Positions 47,416 through 57,707 of a stretch of DNA of 64,000 nucleotides are shown here, piece after piece; within the stretch, counting starts at the first letter, position 1, and every line of letters begins with the position of its first letter. The stretch spans positions 582,518 through 646,517 of the forward strand of contig CAZNDZ010000001.1 of the NCBI GenBank assembly GCA_964572155.1, read 5' to 3'. Origin of the DNA: an uncultured Planctomycetales bacterium. GTDB lineage: Bacteria > Omnitrophota > Gorgyraeia > Zapsychrales > Fredricksoniimonadaceae. A model generated the notes under the pieces. That model did no database searches and had not been told where the DNA came from. It saw nothing but the letters and a program-made list of their open reading frames with translations. The translations under genes were made by a program, and so were the position numbers.

Positions 47416-47835
47416 TTGTTCATGAAAAATTTATGGATCGTTTTAGTGTGTATCGCAGCAGGCGTTGTTTTGTTTTCGTTAACCGTCAATAAATCAAAGC
47501 CCAATGAACCTGTTGCCATGATGGCTCAACCTGAGGTTGTTAAACAAGATCCAGTAACATCTCCGTCGATCGTCACAAGTCCAGAAGATGGCAAAGAAGC
47601 AGGTTTTACTATCCAAGTTTATTCATTTCGCGAAGCTGATCGTGCCGCAAGAGCTTTAGCAAATCTTAAAGCTGTAGGGTATAAAGCATTTCAAGAAGTC
47701 AGTGACTTAGGAGACAAAGGCACGTTTTATCGTGTGCGTATTGGTGGTTTAAAAGATGAAGCAGAAGCACAAAAAGTGTTGGAAGATATTCGTAAAAATT
47801 ATGAAGGTGGATTTATCGTAAAACCAAAAAAATAA
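47416..47835 (+). CDS. SPOR domain (septal peptidoglycan-binding) protein
   Basis: N-terminal TM anchor and a C-terminal SPOR domain (FTIQVYSFREADRAARALANLKAVGYKAF...GTFYRVRIGGL). Confidence 0.8.
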   Translation: MFMKNLWIVLVCIAAGVVLFSLTVNKSKPNEPVAMMAQPEVVKQDPVTSPSIVTSPEDGKEAGFTIQVYSFREADRAARALANLKAVGYKAFQEVSDLGDKGTFYRVRIGGLKDEAEAQKVLEDIRKNYEGGFIVKPKK

Positions 47836-47843
47836 GGATCCCT

Positions 47844-48440
47844 ATGAAGAATTTCTTCTTGTTGTGTTTGATCATGGTTGTATCGTTTGCAGGTTGTGCT
47901 ACAAAAGTAACCCGCACGGATGTAAATGCTGTGACGGACTTTAGCGGTTCTTGGAATGATACCGATGCCCGTTTAACGGCAGAAGCCATGATTGCAGATT
48001 GCCTCAATGGTGTTTGGATCAATGAGTTTAACAAAGAAAAAGGTCGTACACCAACGGTGATCATAGGCAAGATTAAAAACAGGACTTACGAACATATCCG
48101 CAGTGATATTTTTACCAATGTCATGGAACGCGCATTAACCAATTCCGGTAAAGTAACATTCGTGGCAGATAAAGAAAATCGTGAAGAAATTCGTGAAGAA
48201 CGTGCAGATCAGCTAGAAGGTAATACTGAACCATCGACCATATCCGAAAAAGGTCATGAGACAGGTGCTGATTTCATGATGCAAGGTTCCATCGAAGCCA
48301 TCAAGGATGCGGTCAAGGGCAAGTACGCCATGTATTATCAAATCACCCTCGAGATGGTTGATATGAAGACCAACCAAAAACGCTGGATTAGTCAGAAAGA
48401 AATCAAAAAGATCGTCGAACGTCCACAAGTGAAGATGTAA
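47844..48440 (+). CDS. lipoprotein, LpoB-like / TolB-N-like fold candidate
   Basis: Lipobox SFAGCAT, then a ~170-aa domain. Family assignment is tentative. Confidence 0.35.
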   Translation: MKNFFLLCLIMVVSFAGCATKVTRTDVNAVTDFSGSWNDTDARLTAEAMIADCLNGVWINEFNKEKGRTPTVIIGKIKNRTYEHIRSDIFTNVMERALTNSGKVTFVADKENREEIREERADQLEGNTEPSTISEKGHETGADFMMQGSIEAIKDAVKGKYAMYYQITLEMVDMKTNQKRWISQKEIKKIVERPQVKM

Positions 48441-48445
48441 AACAC

Positions 48446-49666
48446 GTGCGATATTTTTTTCTAGTTTTCTTTATGTTAAGCGCAGTTTCCTGCGCGTCTG
48501 CATCCAAGAACATCCAACCCCAGATCAATAGTCTGGTCGCCGCCAATCGTTTAGATAAAGCATTGACCTTGATGGGCAATGATCCGTCCATTTATGGCCC
48601 ACATAACCATCTATTGTTTTGGTTAGACAAAGGCATGATCGCGCATTTAAATAAGAAAACTCAAGAAAGCATTGATGCTTTCGAACAAGCCGAAAAATTA
48701 AATGAAGTCCTTTATACAAAATCCTTGAGTCAAATGGCCAATACGTGGATTGTGAATAATGCGAAAGAAGATTATCGTGGCGACGAGCAAGAATATGTGA
48801 TGGTCAATGTCTTTCAAGCGTTTAATTTTGCTGCTATCGATAATATTGATGAGGCCTTGGTCGAGGCAAGGCGTTTGGATTCAAAGTTAAAGACGATTGG
48901 CACAAGATATCAAAACCCTTTTGCATATTTTTTAAGTGGTTTGTTGTGGCATGTGTCCAAAGAGCCTAATGCCAATGAAGATGCGGCCATTGATTTTCAA
49001 AAAGCTTTGGGATTATATGAAAATCCACCTCAGATCTTAAAAGATTTATTACAAGAAACGAAATCTCTACGCAATAACAGTAAAGCCCGCATTTATGTTG
49101 TTGAATATACAGGTTATATTCCAATCAAAGTCGCTGATGCCTTTCCACTTCCATTAGACGGGGGTCATTTGACTAAGTTTAGTTTTCCGCGTTATCAAGA
49201 CCGTTATAGCGAGGTGAAGTCATCACGTTTTAAAATACGTCATGGTGGTATAGCCGATGTGCAGGAATCGCAAGTTGTTTGTGATTTAGGGGCTTTGGCT
49301 AAGAAGATTTTGGATGCCAAAAAAGCGTCGATCAATGCCAAGGCGGTTATTAGGCCATTATTAAAGTATGGCGCACAGAAGGCTGCAGAAATTCCCGTGC
49401 GAGATAAAGGCGGGGATTTAGCTGGGGATTTGATGGGTGTTGCTGGTAGTATTTATAATCTTGCAAGCGAAGAAGCGGATGTACGCACATGGCAAACTCT
49501 ACCCAATCAAATTAGACTAGCGGTCTTTGATGTCGACGCCGGTACGTATGACATTGAAGTCGATGATTTAGATGCAGATGGCTCAACGATCAGTCATAGA
49601 GTGGTTTCAACCGTGACAGTTAAACATGGTGACAATAAATTCATTATCAGTCGTAGTTGGCTATAA
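48446..49666 (+). CDS. lipoprotein with N-terminal TPR-like helical region, unknown function
   Basis: Lipobox AVSCAS, a helical N-terminal half, and a beta-rich C-terminal half. Confidence 0.4.
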   Translation: MRYFFLVFFMLSAVSCASASKNIQPQINSLVAANRLDKALTLMGNDPSIYGPHNHLLFWLDKGMIAHLNKKTQESIDAFEQAEKLNEVLYTKSLSQMANTWIVNNAKEDYRGDEQEYVMVNVFQAFNFAAIDNIDEALVEARRLDSKLKTIGTRYQNPFAYFLSGLLWHVSKEPNANEDAAIDFQKALGLYENPPQILKDLLQETKSLRNNSKARIYVVEYTGYIPIKVADAFPLPLDGGHLTKFSFPRYQDRYSEVKSSRFKIRHGGIADVQESQVVCDLGALAKKILDAKKASINAKAVIRPLLKYGAQKAAEIPVRDKGGDLAGDLMGVAGSIYNLASEEADVRTWQTLPNQIRLAVFDVDAGTYDIEVDDLDADGSTISHRVVSTVTVKHGDNKFIISRSWL

Positions 49667-49716
49667 CCCAAAAAACCATTGCGACGCATTGGGATTTCCT
49701 ATAGAATGAAGAACTT

Positions 49717-50094
49717 ATGAAGATACTCATTGTTGATGATTCCATGATGGACCGCAAATTAATGTCGCGCATCTTACAAAAAAGCGAGATTACCCAAGAG
49801 ATCGTCGAGGTTGAAGATGGGGAAAAAGCGTTGGAAGTTTTAGCTGAGCATTATTCCGAAATTTGCGTCGTCCTCTTAGATTGGCAAATGCCAAAGATGT
49901 CTGGCATCGAAGTATTAACTGCAGTTGCTAAAGTTCCTCTCATTGCTTCTGTGCCAATTATCATGGTGACAGCCTCTGGTTCTGAAGAGAACAAGAAGAT
50001 GGCACGGGATGCAAATCCAAATTTGGCAGGTTATTTGGTTAAGCCATACAAAGCAGATGATTTGATAGCCGCTATCAAACCTTTTTTAAAGTAA
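49717..50094 (+). CDS. single-domain response regulator (CheY-like receiver)
   Basis: ILIVDDSMMDRKL...VLLDWQMPKMSGIEVL...GYLVKP. The phospho-acceptor Asp context is present. Confidence 0.85.
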   Translation: MKILIVDDSMMDRKLMSRILQKSEITQEIVEVEDGEKALEVLAEHYSEICVVLLDWQMPKMSGIEVLTAVAKVPLIASVPIIMVTASGSEENKKMARDANPNLAGYLVKPYKADDLIAAIKPFLK

Positions 50095-50097
50095 TTT

Positions 50098-50754
50098 ATG
50101 GCTGAAGATAAAAACTCCTTACGGTGGTCGCTTCAAAAGATCAAAGAGGCTTTTTTTGAGAAACCTCAGACTCCCGAAGAGCATGCCAGTGAATTGATTG
50201 ATATGTCGATCGCTTTGTCGGTTGCGATCAAGAAAGTTTTTTTTGAGAAATCAAAAACACGTTTTTCTCAAGATCCGATCATTGCAAAGAAAGCCATTGT
50301 TGCCTTTAGCGGTCGTTTGCGCATAGATGCGATGGAGAAGTTTAATCAAACAACCATCCTATCTGTGGTGCATTATTATAAGAATCGTGCAGAGATCGAA
50401 GCGCATAAGGCGCCGTTGGGTTTATTGATCATTTATTTAGATCGAAAATATATCCCTGAAATGTTGCGCTTGTTGCAGTACCCTTATATTGATTACGAAG
50501 ATGATAGCGAAGTGTTAGATGGGGCTGGTGCCATGATTAACTTATTTGCTGGTTATTTCAAGCATGAGTTAAAAGCCTTGGGGTATGAGGACTTAGAGAT
50601 GTCTCATTTTCAAAGTTATGTTAATAAAGCGCCTATGGGCGTTGAGTACCCACGTAAAGAAACAGATCGTTATGAATTAGCCTTTAGCATTGAAGATCAG
50701 AAGCGCTTGGTAGTTGAAATGGTGATGGCACCATTACCTAAGAAATCAGAATAA
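50098..50754 (+). CDS. hypothetical protein (218 aa) between two receiver genes
   Basis: Soluble, helical. I recognised no HPt (HxxKG) or CheZ/CheX motif. Confidence 0.4.
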   Translation: MAEDKNSLRWSLQKIKEAFFEKPQTPEEHASELIDMSIALSVAIKKVFFEKSKTRFSQDPIIAKKAIVAFSGRLRIDAMEKFNQTTILSVVHYYKNRAEIEAHKAPLGLLIIYLDRKYIPEMLRLLQYPYIDYEDDSEVLDGAGAMINLFAGYFKHELKALGYEDLEMSHFQSYVNKAPMGVEYPRKETDRYELAFSIEDQKRLVVEMVMAPLPKKSE

Positions 50755-50766
50755 GTGGGAGTGTGT

Positions 50767-51126
50767 ATGTCAAAAAAAGTTTTGGTTATTGATGATGATC
50801 CAGCATTGGTAAAAATGGTCGATAGTTTTCTTACAGCTCATGGATACAAAGTAACTGTAGCGACCGACGGAGATGAGGGGATTTTGAAGGTTAAGAATGA
50901 TAAGCCTGATCTGATCGTTCTCGATGTGCAGATGCCAAAGATGAATGGATATACATTTGTGCATGAATGCAAAAAAATTAATGCGGCATTGAATATTCCG
51001 ATCATAGTCTTAACTGCGAAGCAAGGGATGGCAGAAATTTTTAAAGTCGAAGGTGTTAAGGAATATATGACAAAGCCTTTTGCTATGGAGAAGTTACTGG
51101 AATCAGTTAAGAAGCACCTCAATTAA
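50767..51126 (+). CDS. single-domain response regulator (CheY-like receiver)
   Basis: [13 protein letters not shown]...[15 protein letters not shown]...TKPF. Confidence 0.85.
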   Translation: MSKKVLVIDDDPALVKMVDSFLTAHGYKVTVATDGDEGILKVKNDKPDLIVLDVQMPKMNGYTFVHECKKINAALNIPIIVLTAKQGMAEIFKVEGVKEYMTKPFAMEKLLESVKKHLN

Positions 51127-51148
51127 AGAGGGTGGAAGGGAAGTGCGT

Positions 51149-52786
51149 ATGAGTAACATTGATTTGAAAACCTCAGGAATTAATGCGTATGAACAATGTT
51201 TTCATAATTTGTCTTTTGACGAATTATATAAACATGAAACAAATCCTGCCTTACAAGGGTTTGAAAAAGGGGTTGTGACTTCATTAGGTGCTGTGTCTGT
51301 AGATACAGGAAAATTCACGGGTCGTTCACCTAAGGATAAATATATCGTGAAGGATGCAACCACCCAAGATTCTGTATGGTGGGCAAGTGGTGAATCTTCA
51401 GGGTCTGATAATAAACCAATCACCAAAGAAACATGGGCGCATTTAAAAGAGATCACCGTTAATCAATTAAATGGCAAGAAACTTTATGTCATGGACGGTT
51501 TTTGTGGCGCTAATGCATCAACCCGGTTATCCGTGCGTTTGGTGACGGAAGTAGCTTGGATGGCACATTTTTTTAAGAATATGTTTATTGCTCCATCCGC
51601 CGAGGAATTAAAGAATTTTAAACCAGACTGGACGGTTTTAAACGCATGCAAGGCCACTTGTGCAGATTTTGCCAAACATGGTTTGCGTAGTGAAGTTTTT
51701 GTGGCTTTTAATATCGCCGAGCGAATGACAGTTATTGGTGGGACGTGGTATGGCGGGGAAATCAAGAAAGGTATTTTCTCGATCATGAATTACTTCCTGC
51801 CACTTAAAGGTATTGGTGCATTTCATTGCTCTGCTAATCAGGGCAAGAATGGCGATACCGCGTTATTTTTTGGTTTGTCTGGGACTGGAAAAACCACTCT
51901 ATCGACGGATCCAAAACGTGCACTCATTGGTGACGATGAGCATGGTTGGGATAATGATGGTGTATTTAATTTTGAAGGTGGTTGTTATGCCAAATGTATT
52001 GGTTTGACGCCCGAACGTGAACCAGAAATTTTCGCCGCAATCCGACGAGATGCGTTATTAGAGAATTGTGTGGTGGATGACAAAGGTGTGGTTGACTTTG
52101 CATCAAAAGCAAAAACCGAGAATACCCGTGTTTCCTATCCGCTCAATCATATTGCCAATATCGTAAAGCCTGTTTCTAAAGGCGGTCATCCAACCAAGAT
52201 TATCTTCTTGGCATGTGATGCCTATGGTGTTTTGCCTCCTGTTGCTAAGTTAACCAAAGAACAAGCCATGTACCATTATTTAAGTGGCTATACCGCTAAG
52301 GTTGCAGGGACAGAGCTTGGGGTTAAAGAACCTTCGGCCACGTTCTCAGCATGTTTTGGGAAAGCATTTTTAAGTGTGCATCCTACGAAATATGCGGATA
52401 TCTTAGCCAAGAAAATGCAAGAGCATAATGCCAGTGCCTATTTGTTGAACACAGGTTGGATTGCGGGTCCGTATGGTGTGGGGTACCGCATCCCACTTAA
52501 AGAAAACCGATTGTCCATCGACGCTATTTTAGATGGCACCTTGGATAAAGGGCCTTTTGATGTATTGCCAGTCTTTAATTTGCAAATCCCACGCGCAGTT
52601 AAAGGGATTGAAGATAAGTTATTAAACCCACGCAACTTATGGGCGGATAAAGCAGCATATGACGCACAAGCCATTAAGTTAGCGGGCATGTTTATCAACA
52701 ATTTTAAAATCTTTACCGATACACCAAACGGCAAGGCCTTGGTTGCAGCAGGCCCACAAATAGAGCTTGCACAAACAGGCCGTTGA
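51149..52786 (+). CDS. pckA: phosphoenolpyruvate carboxykinase (ATP)
   Basis: Kinase-1a [11 protein letters not shown]; ~545 aa. I chose the ATG at 51149 ([12 protein letters not shown]). Confidence 0.9.
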   Translation: MSNIDLKTSGINAYEQCFHNLSFDELYKHETNPALQGFEKGVVTSLGAVSVDTGKFTGRSPKDKYIVKDATTQDSVWWASGESSGSDNKPITKETWAHLKEITVNQLNGKKLYVMDGFCGANASTRLSVRLVTEVAWMAHFFKNMFIAPSAEELKNFKPDWTVLNACKATCADFAKHGLRSEVFVAFNIAERMTVIGGTWYGGEIKKGIFSIMNYFLPLKGIGAFHCSANQGKNGDTALFFGLSGTGKTTLSTDPKRALIGDDEHGWDNDGVFNFEGGCYAKCIGLTPEREPEIFAAIRRDALLENCVVDDKGVVDFASKAKTENTRVSYPLNHIANIVKPVSKGGHPTKIIFLACDAYGVLPPVAKLTKEQAMYHYLSGYTAKVAGTELGVKEPSATFSACFGKAFLSVHPTKYADILAKKMQEHNASAYLLNTGWIAGPYGVGYRIPLKENRLSIDAILDGTLDKGPFDVLPVFNLQIPRAVKGIEDKLLNPRNLWADKAAYDAQAIKLAGMFINNFKIFTDTPNGKALVAAGPQIELAQTGR

Positions 52787-52800
52787 TATGGTATAATTGA

Positions 52801-53178
52801 TTGATGAAAACATTAGGAAAAACATTAACAGCAGTATGTCTGGCCGCAAGTTTCCTTGTGGCGTCGATATATTGCTGTTGTTTTTCTTTTATTCAGTTAG
52901 AAAAACAAAAGCATGGTTGTTGTCCAACTAAAGCTTCTAAAAATGAAAAGTCTTCCAAGCACGATTGTCCACACTGCAATAGTTCATTTAAAGCCGATTT
53001 AGCAACCAAAGACGCACCTCAAAGTGTTGTTCTAAGCGTTACGCCAATGGCAGTTCCATTGGGGCATGTGGTTTCCCATGTACCTATCTTGGTTGAAAAA
53101 TCCCTTTTTATTAATGGGCCGCCTGGCCCAATTTTTACAGTCCCGCTCTATATTCAACATCACGCCTTACGCATTTAA
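52801..53178 (+). CDS. small Cys-rich membrane-anchored protein (possible metal-binding), unknown
   Basis: N-terminal TM segment and a Cys cluster (CCCFSF...HGCCPTK...DCPHCN). Sits upstream of cusB. Confidence 0.4.
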   Translation: MMKTLGKTLTAVCLAASFLVASIYCCCFSFIQLEKQKHGCCPTKASKNEKSSKHDCPHCNSSFKADLATKDAPQSVVLSVTPMAVPLGHVVSHVPILVEKSLFINGPPGPIFTVPLYIQHHALRI

Positions 53179-53223
53179 TATTTCCTTCTAGATAAAGTTG
53201 TTTTCTTTATTAAAGGGGGACGT

Positions 53224-54246
53224 ATGCGTACATTATTTCAAATCATATTAAGTTTAGTTTTGGTAGCTACTTCAAGTTTAGCTTTTGCAAAGGATGATTA
53301 CTATTGTCCAATGCACACGTCGTATCACTCAGATAAACCGGGTGCTTGTCCAATTTGTGGGATGAATTTAGTTAAGGCAGAAGGCAAAGCTAAATCTGTT
53401 GGCATTGTGCTTGATATCCCTCAACAAGAGCTCATTGGGATTAAGACGGTTGTTGCCAAGCACATGCCTTTAACAAAGATTATCCGCACATCGGGTTATG
53501 TGTCGACCATGCATGATGTTTATGTGTTTCAAGATGAATATATCAAGGCATATAAAGATTATGTGAATGCTTTTCGTGATCAGAAACGTTTTGAGCATGC
53601 GCGTCGGAATTCTGAGGCACATCGTGATGTGCAGTTAAAGCTTCATGAGGCTGAAGATAAATTGCTGCGTTTTGGTTTCAGCCATTCTGAGATAGAAAAG
53701 CTACAAAAATATTCTTGGGTGACACCTTGGGAGCAGTCGGGCTTATCATTCTTTAATGATGATCAGCATTTTTGGGTGGTTGCTCAATTCTATGAACAAG
53801 ATTTGGGTTACATTGAAGCTGGACAAGAAGTTCGTGTCGAGATTCCTGCATACCATGAAACTGTGTTAGCAAAAATAAAGACAGTTGGCCAAATCATCGA
53901 TCCACAAACACGAACCGTCAATGCATTGATTGAGATTTCTGATTATCGTGGGGAGTTGGCAGGTAACATGTTTGTTAATATCTTAGTTGATGTGAAGCTT
54001 AATGATTTTGTGATGGTGCCCCAAGATGCTGTTATGGACACGGGCTTACGTAAAATTGTTTTTGTTGAAACAAGGACAGGTGTATTTCAAGAAAGAGACG
54101 TTGAGGTTGTTGCCTTAGGAGACAATGGTTGGGCGATTAAGTCGGGGTTGATGGCAGGTGAGAAAGTTGTCGTCAATGGCAATTTCTTTTTAGATTCTGA
54201 AAGTAAGATGCGGGCTTCGATTGATGGAGGGAATGATCATGATTGA
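53224..54246 (+). CDS. cusB: heavy-metal efflux RND periplasmic adaptor (CusB-like) with N-terminal metal-binding CxxC pair
   Basis: YYCPMHTSYHSDKPGACPICGMNL, then a membrane-fusion-protein beta-barrel/lipoyl fold. Confidence 0.8.
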   Translation: MRTLFQIILSLVLVATSSLAFAKDDYYCPMHTSYHSDKPGACPICGMNLVKAEGKAKSVGIVLDIPQQELIGIKTVVAKHMPLTKIIRTSGYVSTMHDVYVFQDEYIKAYKDYVNAFRDQKRFEHARRNSEAHRDVQLKLHEAEDKLLRFGFSHSEIEKLQKYSWVTPWEQSGLSFFNDDQHFWVVAQFYEQDLGYIEAGQEVRVEIPAYHETVLAKIKTVGQIIDPQTRTVNALIEISDYRGELAGNMFVNILVDVKLNDFVMVPQDAVMDTGLRKIVFVETRTGVFQERDVEVVALGDNGWAIKSGLMAGEKVVVNGNFFLDSESKMRASIDGGNDHD

Positions 54247-57200
54247 GAAAATCATTGATTTTTCAGCTCGCAATAAATTCTTAGTGCTTTTACTGACGGG
54301 CTTTGCGTTGGTGATGGCCGTATGGTCAACTAAGAATATAGCCTTAGACGCTATCCCTGATTTGTCGGATACCCAAGTGATTGTTTATTCAAAATGGGAC
54401 CGCAGTCCTGATGTCATGGAAGATCAAGTGACGTATCCCATCATTACTTCTTTATTAGGCCTTCCGAAAGTTAAAGATATCCGAGGCTTTTCAGATTTCG
54501 GATATTCTTATGTCTATGTCATATTCAAAGACGGTACAGATTTATATTGGGCGCGCAGTCGCGTGCAGGAATATTTATCAAAGATCACGACGAGCCTGCC
54601 TCAAGGGGTTAAAACACAATTGGGTCCAGACGCGACGGGTGTTGGCTGGGTCATGCAATATGCGTTGATTGACAAAAGTGGAAAGCATTCGTTACAAGAA
54701 TTGCGTAGCATCCAAGATTGGAATTTGCGTTTTCATTTACAAAGTGTCCCAGGTGTTGCGGAAGTTCCATCGCTGGGAGGCTTTGTTAAGCAATATCAAA
54801 TTAGCGTTGATCCGCTGAAGCTGCAGGCTAATAAAATCCCTATTAACAAAGTTATTGCAGCGGTGCGAGATGCTAATCAAGAAGGTGGTGGTCGTCTTTT
54901 AGAGTTTTCTGGTGCTGAATATATGGTGCGTGGGCATGGTTACCTAAAAGGTGTTAAAGATTTAGAGAGCATTGTTATTAATACATCAACCAATGGAGTT
55001 CCTTTACTTTTAAAAAATGTGGCGAGTGTCAATGTTGGTCCAGACATGCGTCGTGGTGTCTTGGATCTTAATGGTCAGGGTGATGTGGTTGGCGGCACCA
55101 TCGTCATGCGGCATGGTGAGAATGCCTTGCGTGTTATTGATGCGGTTAAGGCGAAGCTTAAGGATTTAAAAAGTAGTCTTCCTGAAGGTGTTGATGTTGA
55201 AATCACCTATGATCGATCAATATTGATTAATAGTTCGATTGAACATTTACGTCGACAACTGATCGAAGAAATGATCATTGTGAGTTTGGTTATTTTATTG
55301 TTTTTATGGCATTTGGCATCTGCGGTTATCCCAATCATCACCATCCCTATTAGTGTTTTATTGTCGTTTATTTTCTTAAAGTCGATGAATTTGACATCTA
55401 ACATCATGTCCTTGGCAGGCATTGCCATCTCGATTGGTGTGCTTGTCGATGGAGCCATTGTGCAAATGGAGAATGTCTATAAACGCTTGGAAGAATGGCA
55501 AGCTGATGGGAAAAAGGGGCCTGCGGCACCGGTCATTTTAAATGCACTTAAGGAAGTAGCACCGTCGGTATTCTTTTCTTTGTTAGTCATAGCCGTATCC
55601 TTTTTGCCGATTTTTACACTCGTTGATCAGGAAGGTCGATTGTTTAAGCCTTTGGCATGGTCTAAGACATTTGCCATGGTCATAGCTGCGGTTTTAGTGA
55701 TCACGCTTAACCCAGCACTACGGATGATGTTTTCTGGAGATAAAGGTCGCTATTATCCAGAGCACAAGCACCCCATCAGCCGTGTTTTATTTATGGTTTA
55801 TGAACCAGTATGTCGCTTTGTTTTAAAACATGCTCGTGCTGTGATCATCGCTAGTGTTTTACTTGTTGCGACAACAATTCCTGTGTTTCTCAAGCTTGGT
55901 TCCGAATTTATGCCTTCATTATGGGAAGGGCAAATCTTGTATATGCCAACGACCATGCCTGGCATATCGATCCAAGAGGCGCAGAATTTACTACAAAAAC
56001 AAGATTTGATTTTAAAGTCATTTCCTGAAGTGGAGAAGGTCTTTGGGAAAGCTGGAAGGATGGAAACAGCAACGGATCCAGCACCCTTGTCGATGATGGA
56101 AACGGTGGTGCAATTAAAACCCGAACATCAGTGGCCTGCCGTTAATGGTAAGAAAAGGTCACATGAGCAATTGGTAGAAGCCATGGACCAAGCGTTAAAA
56201 ATACCAGGGACATCTAATGCATGGACCATGCCAATAAAGAACCGCATTGATATGTTATCAACAGGAATTCGTACGCCCATTGGTATAAAAGTGATGGGTA
56301 AGGATTTAGCTGAAATTGAAAAGATTGGTTTACGATTGGAACATATTTTAAAAGATGTGCCAGGGACGCGTAGTATTTTTGCTGAGCGTGTTACCGGCGG
56401 ATATTTTTTGGATATTGACATTCGTCGCGATCAGATTGCTCGATATGGTTTGAGTGTTAGTGATGTGCAAATGGTCATTAATGCTGCCATCGGTGGCGAA
56501 GAAGTGACAACCACGATCGAAGGTAGAGAGCGCTATAGTGTTAATGTGCGATATCCTCGGGAATTACGTAACAATGTGCCAAAACTAGAAAGGGTGATGG
56601 TTGCTAATGAAGAAGGTCAACAAGTGCCTTTAGGAGCAATTGCCAATATCACGATGAACAGTGGCCCTGCCATGATTCGCGATGAGAATGGTATGTTGAC
56701 GGGGTATGTTTATGTTGATGTTAGAACGAGTGACATTGGTGGTTATGTAAATTTAGCAAAACAGAAAGTCGCCGCAGCTTTACAAATGCCCACAGGTTAT
56801 ACCTTAGTTTGGAGTGGGCAATATGAAAATATGTTGCGTGTCCAAGAACGTTTAAAAGTTGTTTTGCCTCTGACGATTTTGATCATTGTTTTGTTGTTAT
56901 ATTTTAATACCAAGTCATGGGTTAAAACAGGCATCGTTATGCTGGCTGTGCCATTTTCGTTGATTGGTGCAGTTTGGTTGTTATATGTGTTGGGGTATAA
57001 CTTATCCATCGCTGTTTGGGTTGGTATGATTGCACTTATGGGTCTTGATGCTGAGACAGGTGTACTTATGTTGTTATTCTTGGACATGTCATATAAAGAT
57101 GCAGCTAAGAAGAACAAACTTAATAATGATGAGGAATTACGTGAAGCTGTCGTTCATGGGGCGGTACAGCGGGTTCGTCCAAAGATGATGACGGTTATGG

Positions 57201-57406
57201 CGGCCATGATGGGGTTGATGCCCATCATGTGGTCTCATGGCAGCGGTGCGGATGTCATGAGCCGGATTGCCGCGCCGATGATTGGTGGGCTTGTGACTTC
57301 ATTTATTCTTGAACTTTTAGTATATCCAAGCATTTTTTATCTATGGAAAGCAAAGGAGCTTTCCATTAAACTAAACAGCAGTAAGATAATCAAGGAGGCA
57401 GTATGA
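54239..57406 (+). CDS. cusA: heavy-metal efflux RND permease (CusA/CzcA family)
   Basis: ~1050 aa, 12-TM RND architecture. The start at 54239 (MIEKIIDF) overlaps cusB by 8 nt. Confidence 0.9.
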   Translation: MIEKIIDFSARNKFLVLLLTGFALVMAVWSTKNIALDAIPDLSDTQVIVYSKWDRSPDVMEDQVTYPIITSLLGLPKVKDIRGFSDFGYSYVYVIFKDGTDLYWARSRVQEYLSKITTSLPQGVKTQLGPDATGVGWVMQYALIDKSGKHSLQELRSIQDWNLRFHLQSVPGVAEVPSLGGFVKQYQISVDPLKLQANKIPINKVIAAVRDANQEGGGRLLEFSGAEYMVRGHGYLKGVKDLESIVINTSTNGVPLLLKNVASVNVGPDMRRGVLDLNGQGDVVGGTIVMRHGENALRVIDAVKAKLKDLKSSLPEGVDVEITYDRSILINSSIEHLRRQLIEEMIIVSLVILLFLWHLASAVIPIITIPISVLLSFIFLKSMNLTSNIMSLAGIAISIGVLVDGAIVQMENVYKRLEEWQADGKKGPAAPVILNALKEVAPSVFFSLLVIAVSFLPIFTLVDQEGRLFKPLAWSKTFAMVIAAVLVITLNPALRMMFSGDKGRYYPEHKHPISRVLFMVYEPVCRFVLKHARAVIIASVLLVATTIPVFLKLGSEFMPSLWEGQILYMPTTMPGISIQEAQNLLQKQDLILKSFPEVEKVFGKAGRMETATDPAPLSMMETVVQLKPEHQWPAVNGKKRSHEQLVEAMDQALKIPGTSNAWTMPIKNRIDMLSTGIRTPIGIKVMGKDLAEIEKIGLRLEHILKDVPGTRSIFAERVTGGYFLDIDIRRDQIARYGLSVSDVQMVINAAIGGEEVTTTIEGRERYSVNVRYPRELRNNVPKLERVMVANEEGQQVPLGAIANITMNSGPAMIRDENGMLTGYVYVDVRTSDIGGYVNLAKQKVAAALQMPTGYTLVWSGQYENMLRVQERLKVVLPLTILIIVLLLYFNTKSWVKTGIVMLAVPFSLIGAVWLLYVLGYNLSIAVWVGMIALMGLDAETGVLMLLFLDMSYKDAAKKNKLNNDEELREAVVHGAVQRVRPKMMTVMAAMMGLMPIMWSHGSGADVMSRIAAPMIGGLVTSFILELLVYPSIFYLWKAKELSIKLNSSKIIKEAV

Positions 57407-57705
57407 AAAAGTTGTTCGCTTTAACAGTCGCAGTAGGTTTGGTATTAACAGCATCTATGGTTCGTGCAGAAGGCATGGCAATGGCCAAAGAAGAGGCAGC
57501 AGATGTCGTCGAAGTTGTTAATAAAATTTGCCCTGTTTCGGGTGAGAAAATTGGTGACATGGGTAAAGGGGAAGTAGTTGAATATAAGGGAAAGAAATAC
57601 ACGTTGTGTTGCGGTATGTGCAAGAAGGATTTTGATAATGATCCAGATATGTACGTCAAGAAAGTTGAAGAAGAAATGGCTGCATCAGCAACAGAGAATA
57701 ATTAG
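57403..57705 (+). CDS. YHS/TRASH-domain periplasmic metal-binding protein
   Basis: Signal peptide and CPVSGEKI...YKGKKYTLCCGMCKKDFDNDPDMY. Confidence 0.7.
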   Translation: MKKLFALTVAVGLVLTASMVRAEGMAMAKEEAADVVEVVNKICPVSGEKIGDMGKGEVVEYKGKKYTLCCGMCKKDFDNDPDMYVKKVEEEMAASATENN

Positions 57706-57707
57706 TA

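Noticed and set aside
51080-51148. Upstream extension of pckA ([12 protein letters not shown]...)
   Set aside because: It overlaps the preceding receiver gene, and the conserved PckA N-terminus begins at 51149.
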